DNA of 64,000 nucleotides from positions 18,850,001 to 18,914,000 of the forward strand of contig CM052818.1 in the NCBI GenBank assembly GCA_028534125.1, given 5' to 3'. Numbering within the stretch: position 1 is the first letter of the stretch; each line of letters begins with the position of its first letter. Below the pieces are notes generated by a model. That model was given only the letters and a program-made list of their open reading frames with translations, was not told the DNA's origin and did not search any database. This document shows, in pieces, positions 25,611 to 35,634 of this stretch. Source of the stretch: Lama glama (taxonomy: Eukaryota). A program made the position numbers and the translations under genes.

Positions 25611-25851
25611 CACTTGGTAAGAGTCTGCTTATTAAACTGACGAACAACATGATTTTTTGGGCCTAGGCAGTTTGGAGAAGATACAACAAGAATCTGCATA
25701 GAAAATAGCAGTAATCTTCTAAATACAGCCAAGTCAATTGTATCTGTTGTGCACTAACAGAAAGACTCCTGGGTTTTAGTAGATAGCCCACTATGTAATC
25801 ATCCTGACTGAGTAGCCTCAGATACTTTGTTTTGAAGGGAGTGCAGAAATC
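25611..25851 (-). pseudogene. Two stop-free STK31-like exon relics (25759-25851, 25611-25693): start of kinase module 1
   Basis: cctgcag|DFCTPFKTKYLRLLSQDDYIVGYLLKPRSLS|gttagt, a 65-bp gap, then tttctatgcag|ILVVSSPNCLGPKNHVVRQFNKQTLTK-TG|gtatat. PKNHVVRQFNKQTLTK vs SKRPLVRSEVNGQIILLK. Confidence 0.6.
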
Positions 25852-28295
25852 CTGCAGGTTTAATTGCCAATAAATCAGCATGACCTCCACTCCCTGGTAT
25901 TCCTTTTCTACAATGATCTTTTCAACCAGAAGATGAAGAGATGTATTTTACAGTGTGTGTGTGTGTATTGCCTGTGGTAAGATAACAGAATTATACTTGC
26001 CATTTTCTCCATTATAGGCTATGCTAGATAATGAAGGACTATATTAATGACATGTTCTGTTTGCTTTTAGGTTATTTCCATCTTGTATTATAGTTATCTT
26101 TTTTCGTTATTATGGACAGCTGTCTTTCTTTTTTTAAAAAAATCCTTCTGTCATTTGTTAGTTCAATATTTTACCATCACTAGAGATTTTATTTACTAGT
26201 TAATTCAAAAGAATTTGCATTAAAATATTCTGGCTCACTCAAAAAGCTATTCATGACCTGATTGAATTGGATGTTACTCTTAGCTGATTCTCAGATTTGG
26301 TTTTAAAAAAATAGCTATTTTAAATTAATATTTCTAATTCATGACTATAACTAATATAGAAATTTTAACTCTCATCCATACCCAAATGTTACATAAACTT
26401 GCTGTTTGTACTGTTGAACTGTTTGTATGTTTAAGTTTAATTTGAATGAATATTATTCTGTGGTATATTTATATGTTTAGAGTTTTATGTGAACCCTATA
26501 AGAAAACATGAAAATTTAAAACTAGTGAATAGTAGGTTCTACTTTATACTTAATCTCAGAGTGCTGTTGCTACCTATTCTGATTTTAGGGTAATGCTTTT
26601 CTTTCCTGACCACTGGGAGCTGGACCAGATGATTCCTTGAAGCTCTGTCTAGCTCTCAGATCTATGATGCAACCTGCTGAGTCAGGAGGCGATCTTCTTA
26701 TGGGCTATATGCTGGACAATACTGTTGTGCTTTAAATATACAGTTTTAAATGTTTTAGGATTGAAAAGATTCTGGGATGATGGCAACAGTGACATAGTTT
26801 GTTAATCTTTCCAGATCCCCATATAACAACAAATAGAACCACTAGATAGCAAAACCAAGATCATTTTCCATAAAATTAGGTGGTAGAGTATCCTCAGAAA
26901 ACCCAAAATACAAGCAAATGAGAACAAGCCACCAAAATCCACAAGACCTGCCATTTGTGTGGGAGAAAGCAGAGGAAAGCAATAGGGCCTCTGATGAACC
27001 TGAAAACAGAGTAGAAAAAGTAGCCAACAGATATTCACTGGAAAGGCAAAAGACCAGTATGAGAATAGCAGCTGAAACTGGGAGGTATTTCCCCCAGTCC
27101 AAAGGCAGTTGAATGTGAGAGGCCTACAGTGTTGGGTGGAAAGGAATAGAAAAGATTGGTCCCAATAAACTCTTTAAACTACCAGCTAGGGCTCCCTTCC
27201 AGAGTAGAGCCTGACCCAGACTTCTGAGAGTGGATTCACAACTATCAGGACAAACACAATATAGATGAAGGAAAGGAAGAATCATGGCCAGGAAATTTCC
27301 GACAGCAAGCAGTTAATTTTTAAACACTTAATGGAAACAAAAGAGAAAGCTCAATGAAGTTAGCAAAGCTACTCTGAACCATGCCTCCTTTTAAAAATTG
27401 AGAGAAACTCTTTTCACACAAAAATGGGCAATAAAGTAGTTAATATACTAAAAAGAGGGGGAGGGAATGAGGAACGGATTGACATCACTTCAATGAAATT
27501 ATATCAGAAACGTGTCCACAGAACACATCAAAACCAGAAACGTTTAATTTCACAATAATCTAAAAGGTATTAAGAAAAATAATCTAAAAGATATTGACAT
27601 AAAAAAATCACATTTTATTTTGAACTTAGAATTAAAAAACAAAATAAAAATCATTTTGGAAATGAAGTCTTAACTATAAAGGAACATAAGAGAACATATA
27701 AATAATATCTTAACAGAAATAAAAGATGAGAAGAGTAAGAATTTTTAAAATGAAGTTAAAAGACTTAGAAACAACTCAAGAGAAAGTGACAAATTAAAGA
27801 CAAGTATGCTGTACACTAGACGTTGATGCAACATTATAAACTGACTATACTTCAATAAAATAAAAATAAATACAAAGAAGATCCAATATACAGATAATAG
27901 GAGGTCCTCAAAAAAGAAATCAAAGTGAGGAAACAAATCATATACTAAAAAATGCAATTTTAGAAAACTTCACTGAAATAAAAAGAAAAAAGAACTTAAA
28001 TTACATGTTGAAAGAATATACCATGTATCAAAGAATATCCACCAGGATAACCAATACCAAGACATAATTTAGTAAAATTATTGATTTTAAAGAAAAAAGG
28101 GAAAGAAATCCTTTAGGTTTCTAAGCAAAAGGAGCATGTAATTCATATGCCAAAGACAATGATGTTATTATCAGACTTGTCAATACTTTATGCGAGACAA
28201 AAATGTAGTAACATATTTAAGACACTCAAAGAAAATAAATGTGAATCAAGGATAAATTCAGCAAAACTGACCATCAAGTATTAAAAACACAGAAA

Positions 28296-28687
28296 AGCCT
28301 AAGTGAAGCAAGCCAGAAAGAGAAAGAAAAATACCATATGAGATCGCTCATATGTGGAATCTAAAACAAAACAAAACAAAAACAAAAACAAACAAAGCAT
28401 AAGTACAAAACAGAGACAGACTCATAGACAGAATACAAACTTGTGGTTGCCAAGGGGGCGGAGGGTGGGAAGGGATAGACGGGATTTCAAAATTGTAGAA
28501 TACATGAACAAGATTATACTGTATATAGCACAAGGAGATATACACAAGATCTTATGGTAGCTCATGGAGAAAAAAATGTGACAATGAATATATATATGTT
28601 CATGTATAACTGAAAAATTGTGCTCTACACTGGAATTTGACACAACATTGTAAAATGATTATAAATCAATAAAAAATGTTAAAAAAA
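28296..28687 (+). mobile_element. Young L1 3' end
   Basis: CTAAGTGAAGCAAGCCAGAAAGAGAAAGAAAAATACCATATG (ORF2 end), 3' UTR, AATAAA and A tail. Confidence 0.9.
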
Positions 28688-29438
28688 CCACACACACACA
28701 GAGTAAAGTGTTTATCAACATGGAAGAACTCCGAGAATTTCACTCTTTTGCTCTCTGAGGAGTCTATTACACAATAAGCTTTAGACAACAAAATGACTAA
28801 AGCGACATTGACATTAGGCCTGCTCATGAGTAGTAACCAAATAATCACATATAGGCTAAGATTAAATAACGATTAAAAGGGAGAGTATGGTATGTGGTGA
28901 CTCTCTGACAATGTAGATACAGTACAGCTATTAAAACTGGGAGGACAATGGGGAGACGAATATGGGAAATTTAAAAATCTGTTCTCAGTAATTCTATTCA
29001 TATTTTTCTGAGCCTGTGATTTATATAACACAGGGTAAGATGAACAGCAATTATGGGATATTTGAATTGTGTTTTACCTTCTGCCCTTGAATACCAGGAT
29101 TTCCAGTAAGGAAGACTAAATACAGGAGGGGTTAAATAAAAAAAACTATCATCCTGAATTTGAATTGGAAATATCAATATTAACTCAGAGATATGTTATG
29201 TTCAAAATGTATGTTTTTCTGTAGTTGCGTGTTGTTTTACAATAGAAAGATATTTTTAAAATTTTATTTAAAAATTTTCATATCTCTGTCCACTAAAGAG
29301 GCCTAGGAACAGTGATGAATCCTGTAGCCATGAGCCTCATCTCTAGCATCCAGATTGTGGTCTTGAAATATAGTATCATTTCTCCCCAGAAGGAACCTGA
29401 GCTTCTTAGGGAAAGGCTGATTTCAGGTCTTGGGCATT

Positions 29439-29852
29439 ATGTTAGTTTGCTAGGGCTACTTTACCACAAATGAAGTGACTCAAATAATAGAAATTTATTG
29501 TCTCACAGTTCTGGAGTCTAGAAATCCAAAATCAAAGTATTGGCAGAGTTGGTGCCTTCTGAGGGTTGTGAGGGAAGGATCTGCTCCAGGCCTTTCTTCT
29601 TGACTTGTAGATGGACATCTTTTCCCTGTGTTTCTTCACATTGTCTTCTCTCTGCATCTGCCTCTGTGTCCAGATTTTCTCCTTTTTTTATAAGGACACT
29701 AGTCATATTAGATTAAGGCCCACTCTAAGGCCTCATTTTAACTTGATCACCTCTGTAAAAACCCATCTCCAAATAAAGTCACATTCTGAGATACTAAGAG
29801 GGTTGGAACTTATCAACATGTAAATTGTGGGGAGACAATTCAACCCACAGCA
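29439..29852 (-). mobile_element. MLT1C-type MaLR solo LTR
   Basis: GTTAGTTTGCTAGGGCT...TATAAGGACACTAGTCATATTAGATTAAGGCCCAC...AATTCAACCCACAGCA. Confidence 0.8.
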
Positions 29853-30325
29853 GGCAGTAAATATACAGAATAAATTTCAAACACCTTGTTATACTAGATA
29901 GTGAGGAAGTTATTAAGATTTACCAGGGCCATAGCCAAAGACCTAGGAGCCAACCTGAAGAAAAGATATGAAAATTACAATTTGAGGACAATTACAAATT
30001 TACAATAAAATTACAATTTTTAATATATATTAAATTGGTCTCCTTTAGAGGATGACAGGGAACTAATTCATTGTCTTGAAAACCGACAATGCTAAAGAAT
30101 CCACTATTTACCCTACCCTCTATATATGAACAGTGCCATGTATCACTTTATAGTAAGTGAGGGGAAGCATCTTTTTATAAAAGTATTTTATGCTTTTATA
30201 TAATAATAATTTTAAAAGAAATAACAGAATTTAGCAACCCTCAACAAATTAATGGATACAGTCACTGAGCATCAACAAGTTTTCTTTCACTGTGCCTCCC
30301 AGTGAAAGAAAACATTATCACCTAG

Positions 30326-30660
30326 TGTCTTAGTTCACGGGGCCACTATGACAACATATCACAGACTGGATGGCTTGTAAACAGCAGAAATTTATTGCTG
30401 ACAGTTCTGCAGCCTGGAAATCTGAGATCAGGATGTCAACATGGTTGAGTATCGGCCCTCTTCTGGGTCCCAGACTTACCATGGTATCCTCACAGGTGGA
30501 AGGGGCTAGGGAGCTCTGTGGGATCTCTCTTCTAATTCTATTCACGAAGGCTCCTCCCTATGGACCTAACCACCTCTCTAAGGCCCTACCTATTAATACT
30601 ATCATTTTGGGGAGTGAGGATTTCAGTACTTTGGGGAGCACAGACATTCAGACCATAGCA
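30326..30660 (-). mobile_element. MLT1A-type MaLR solo LTR
   Basis: TGTCTTAGTTCA...CAGACATTCAGACCATAGCA. CCTAG flanks both ends (5-bp TSD). Confidence 0.85.
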
Positions 30661-30969
30661 CCTAGTCTTCCCAAAGGGATTAAACTTGAATGTAATCATG
30701 CCTCTGGATCCAGCTGCCAATGTGAAGGAAATGAAGAAGATAGAGAAACTTGTTGAACCATGGGTATACAGTCAGCAGTGTTTATAGTGTAGGAGAGTAT
30801 ACAGGTTTAACAGGTAGGGTGTAAAGAAAAGAATTGGAGGAGGAACCTGTAGATTAAAAGAGACTTGAAAAAATTTCTTAACAGATAAGACTAAACAATA
30901 GTCTAGGAATGCACATTTGGATGCCTTATTACACTTGGGTGGTAATACTGTAAAGAAAGCAAGGATTGC

Positions 30970-31311
30970 TTTTTTTTTTTCACATTTTTTTCTCTGTGAT
31001 TTATCATAACATTTTGTGTATGTTTCCCTGTGCTATACAGTGTAATCTTGTTTATCTTTTCTACAATTTTGAAATCCCAGTCTATCCCTTCCCACCCTCT
31101 ACCCCCCCCCCGCCCTGGTAACCACAAGTCTGTATTCTCTGTCCATGAGTCTATTTCTGTCCTGTATTTATGCTTTGTTTTTGTTTGTTTGTTTGTTTTT
31201 GTTTTTTAGATTCCACATATGAGCGATCTCATATGGTATTTTTCTTTCTCTTTCTGGCTTACTTCACTTAGAATGACATTCTCTAGGAGCATCCATGTTG
31301 CTGCAAATGGC
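30970..31311 (-). mobile_element. Young L1 3' region running into the assembly gap
   Basis: Reverse complement is similar to 28296-28580. Poly(T) at 30970-30980. Confidence 0.9.
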
Positions 31312-31811
31312 NNNNNNNNNNNNNNNNNNNNNNNNNNNNNNNNNNNNNNNNNNNNNNNNNNNNNNNNNNNNNNNNNNNNNNNNNNNNNNNNNNNNNNNNN
31401 NNNNNNNNNNNNNNNNNNNNNNNNNNNNNNNNNNNNNNNNNNNNNNNNNNNNNNNNNNNNNNNNNNNNNNNNNNNNNNNNNNNNNNNNNNNNNNNNNNNN
31501 NNNNNNNNNNNNNNNNNNNNNNNNNNNNNNNNNNNNNNNNNNNNNNNNNNNNNNNNNNNNNNNNNNNNNNNNNNNNNNNNNNNNNNNNNNNNNNNNNNNN
31601 NNNNNNNNNNNNNNNNNNNNNNNNNNNNNNNNNNNNNNNNNNNNNNNNNNNNNNNNNNNNNNNNNNNNNNNNNNNNNNNNNNNNNNNNNNNNNNNNNNNN
31701 NNNNNNNNNNNNNNNNNNNNNNNNNNNNNNNNNNNNNNNNNNNNNNNNNNNNNNNNNNNNNNNNNNNNNNNNNNNNNNNNNNNNNNNNNNNNNNNNNNNN
31801 NNNNNNNNNNN
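31312..31811. other. Assembly gap (500 N)
   Basis: Run of N. The round size suggests a placeholder length. Confidence 1.
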
Positions 31812-32227
31812 CTGACCTGAACTTTATGCTGCAGTATCTCTTTGTTTAGAGAGATTTGTTTACCTCTGGAGATTTTTGAAACAATTCAAAGCCCTCAAGG
31901 ACTAAAAGATTCTAGTCAAACGAGTACAGTTCATGTCTTTTTTCATACCAGAAGTAACAGAAAATATTGAAATTCCTTACGTTTTCTCTTTATTCATACA
32001 AATGGAACGATAGTAATGCAGTGACCCTGTAAAGCCTTAGGCTGAGTTAAACAGTTGGTCTTATCAAAGCATTTTCTCTTAGATCATTGTGGGGCAGGGG
32101 AGCATATTTTTACCCCTGAAAAGATATGATAGCTTACAACCCTTGAAGTAAGTATAGGACAATTAATTCTGTGTTAATATGTTGCTACTGACCTGTGAAC
32201 TCAAGATATCATTTTCTCATATAACAT

Positions 32228-32302
32228 TTTTTTAATTGGAGTATGGTCAGTTACAATGTGTCGATTTCTGGTGTACAGCATAATGTCCCAGTCATGTGTA
32301 TG

Positions 32303-32354
<52 letters not shown>

Positions 32355-32583
32355 TTTTCATATTCTTTTTCATTAAAGGTTATTACAAAATATTGAATAT
32401 AGTTCCCTGTACTATATGGAAGAAATTTTTTAAAATCTATTTTTATATATTGTGGTTAACATTTGTAAATCTCAAACTCCCAAATTTATCCCTTCCCACC
32501 TCCTTTCCCCTAGTAACCACAAGATTGTCTACTGTGACTGCAACACTAATGAACTCATCTACAAAACAGAAACAGACTCACAG
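32228..32583 (-). mobile_element. Short L1 3' end with 5' inversion and internal (TA)n
   Basis: Minus-strand 3' UTR to about 32535, then plus-strand ATGAACTCATCTACAAAACAGAAACAGACT. TSD TCAT(A/G)TAACAT at 32217-32227 and 32584-32594. (TA)n at about 32309-32350. Confidence 0.85.
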
Positions 32584-34007
32584 TCATGTAACATATTTGA
32601 AACAGCCAGTTTGCCTATTTCCACAGCCCACAAAACTAGAATATTCTTTCTAATTTGTCTAACAAGTGAGTGGAGCTCAAAGTTTGGGAACAAGAAGAAT
32701 TTGAAGCCTGGTGAGATATAATACACCATAATGCACATTGACTACTGAGTTATATGGGAGATCAGTAAAAAAAATAAAGAAATAAATATCTGTGTGTACT
32801 TAAATGATGTCTCACTATATTTACCCCTACTTCTTGAGTTATGTTGAATCATACTCATTCATTTATTTAACAAATATTTATCAAGCTTCTGCTATATGCT
32901 AAGTCTGATATAGGCACTGGGAACATAATAGTGATTGAAACAGGTAAAAATTGTGTAACTTATACTCTAGTGTATTTAAGGATAATGATTCAGTGTATGA
33001 GCCACATTCACAGAATTAGTTCCAACATTGCTCCAACTGATTATTTTAGTCTGTCCCCAACCACTCTTGGCTCTCAGTTGTTCTTCAGTTCCTTTTCTGC
33101 CTGATCACTTTAGTTTGGCACATTGATTGACAAACTTTCACTTTGTTCTTCATATTCTATACTTTGTTCTTAGTCTTTCAAAAACTGCCTTTCCCTTCTG
33201 ATATGCCTCCCCTGAGAACAAATGACCCAGTGATAAGCCTCCTGGTGTATAACTCCCAGAGCCTACCATATTTCTGTACAACTCATACCAGAGATGCCCT
33301 GAGCCATGAGCAGATACTAGACAGTAGACTTGTGTTTTGTTCTTAGTTGCAGACTGCATGGTTATGCACAGTGAGGAATATTTCTGAGCAGAGCTTCTTA
33401 CTTGGCCCAGTGGAAGCTGAAAATGAACAAGGTAGTACCTGGGCAAAATTAAGAATCAGATAAAGGTGACTCTACCATCCTAAACTCCTGTTTTCTATCC
33501 CTTTTTCCACTTAGTAAATTTTCTACCTTTTAACATACTGCGTTAGTCACTTTAGAGGCCAACAACAACAAAAGTCCCTCCTTTGACTTGTCCCTCCTGT
33601 CCTCACAGAAGGAGCCCTGGCTGCAGCAATTAGAGGACTGATCCCTAAGAGCTACCATGAGTGGGAAAATGTGCCTCAGGAGTTCCTTCCCTGCACCCTT
33701 AACTCTAAGTCTTCTTTCATTATTCTATGCTCTAAGCCTCCCAGACACCAAGATCTAGAGCAACTACCCTCTGTTTCTATATAATGGAGTGATAACTAGC
33801 ATTAGTTGAGGGCTTAGTATGTGCTAGGCTCATACTAAGTACTTTACATGTATTATCCTTTTAATTCTTCCAACCTGATGAGACAGGTACTGTTATCACC
33901 ACAGAATAAGCTCTGAGTGCACATTTCTTTTACTACTAGGCAGGAATGTAGCACAGAATTTTGACTCTGGGGGTTGAGGTTCAAAAGAGAGAAAGCGTTT
34001 GGTAATT

Positions 34008-34530
34008 GGTTATGCATTGCTGTATATGTCCAAAAGTTACCTCAAACTTAGCAGCTTAAAACAGCAAACATTTCTCATTTCATACTCTCTGAAGGTCAGG
34101 AATCTGGGAGCAGCTTAGAGGGATGGTTCTGGCTTAGGGAATCATGAGGCTGCAGTCTAGATGATGGCCAGGGCTGCAGTCATCTGAAGGCTTGACTGAG
34201 ACTGGAGGAGCTACTTCCAGGATGGCTGAAGATAGCTGACATACATGGTTCTTGGCAAGAAGCCTCAGTTCCTTGCCTCATTAGTCTCTTCACAAGGCTG
34301 TCTTAAGCTATGGCAGCTGGCATCCTCCAGAAAGGCTGATTCAAGAGAGAGCAAGGCAGAAGCCACAATGTTTTTTTAAAACCTAGCCTCAAAAGTGACA
34401 TTCCATCACTTCTACCACCCATTCATCACATAGACCAACTCTGGGTACAATGTAGGAAAGGATTGCACAAGGATATGAATACCTGGAGGTGTGTATCATT
34501 GAAGGGCCACCTTGGGGTTGGCTGCCACAT
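34008..34530 (-). mobile_element. MLT1-type MaLR LTR
   Basis: CTCAAACTTAGCAGCTTAAAACAGCAAACATTT...GGGCTGCAGTCATCTGAAGGCTTGACTG...GGCTGCCACA. Confidence 0.8.
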
Positions 34531-35224
34531 CTTTTAAAGTTAAAAATCACAAACCAGCTCTGTTCCATATTAAGAAAACAAAGTCTTGGAGTGTCTCTGG
34601 TTGTCTGGCACTATCTGGCCTTAACGATTAGGTGTTGTACAAGTGCTGGGCTTGCTGGAAGTGATCTCTGCCCACTTAGGACTGGGGCTGTCAGTTGTCT
34701 TTGCTGTGTAAATGAGATACCCAACAAAGGATTATTATATTAGTCATTATTTTGCAGAAGTTAGGCCTGAACCACTGTCAGCTGGCCATGTCAAGGGCTT
34801 GTGATTCCCATTTTATAGGCTTTGGGAATTGAGACATTTGGTTAAGGTAATACTGCTAGTCAAGGAGGCAAATATTCCAGTTCAGGCTGTCAGACTGCAG
34901 AGGGCACCTTCATAATCAGAACCTAAAAAGGTTGGCCATGCTCTCATAGTTCCTTCCAGCCACCATTCCAAACCCAAGGAACAGGGAGAGGAGGAGCTAG
35001 GACAGGAAATGGGATGCAGCCAGAGTGCTACTTAAGATTCCAATGAGGATGTATATGGCAGCAACCTAGAAGACTAGAAGGAATGTATACAGTTAGATCA
35101 GAACACCCAGGCCTGGAGATGAAATCAGAGACTTGAAGAAAAGGATCTCCTGCTTCTAACAGGCTGATTGAGGATCTTTGTTTCCTAATAATGTATGAAA
35201 ATAACATAAGAAATCCAGTGTTAA

Positions 35225-35543
35225 GTTTTATTTACAAACCAGAAATAGACTCACAGACATGGAAAACTATGGTTACCGGCAGGGAAGGTGGCAGAGGGAT
35301 TGATTAGAATTTTGGGATTAATAGATACACATTACTATATATAAATAGATAAACAACAAGGACCTACTATATAGCACAGGGAACTATATTCAATTTCTTG
35401 TAATAATATATAATGAAGAAGAATCTGAAAAAAGTATGTATCTGTGTGTGTGTGTGTATTGCTTTGCTGTACACCTGAAACTAACATTGTAAATTGACTA
35501 CACTTCAATAAAACAATAATAATAATAAAGGGAGGCAGGGAAT
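35225..35543 (+). mobile_element. L1 3' end
   Basis: ATTTACAAACCAGAAATAGACTCACAGAC...ACTTCAATAAAA. TSD AAATCCAGT(G/A)TTA at 35211-35223 and 35544-35556. Confidence 0.85.
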
Positions 35544-35634
35544 AAATCCAGTATTAGTAAAAAAGTATCACAAGTATGCTTATCGTTAGTGCTGAATAAT
35601 TAACAGTTTGAAAGGAAAAAATACAGACACTTAC

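Larger units (their letters stand above)
26760..30960 (+). mobile_element. Old L1M (5'/ORF1 region onward) with nested younger insertions
   Basis: Degenerate A-rich ORF1-like sequence (AGAAAACTTCACTGAAATAAAA; CCAAGACATAATTTAGTAAAATTA). Interrupted by short L1 3' ends (~27805-27870 and 28296-28687) and MLT1 LTRs. Confidence 0.6.

Noticed and set aside
31219..31849. 198-aa and 184-aa ORFs
   Set aside because: Artefacts of translating through the N gap.
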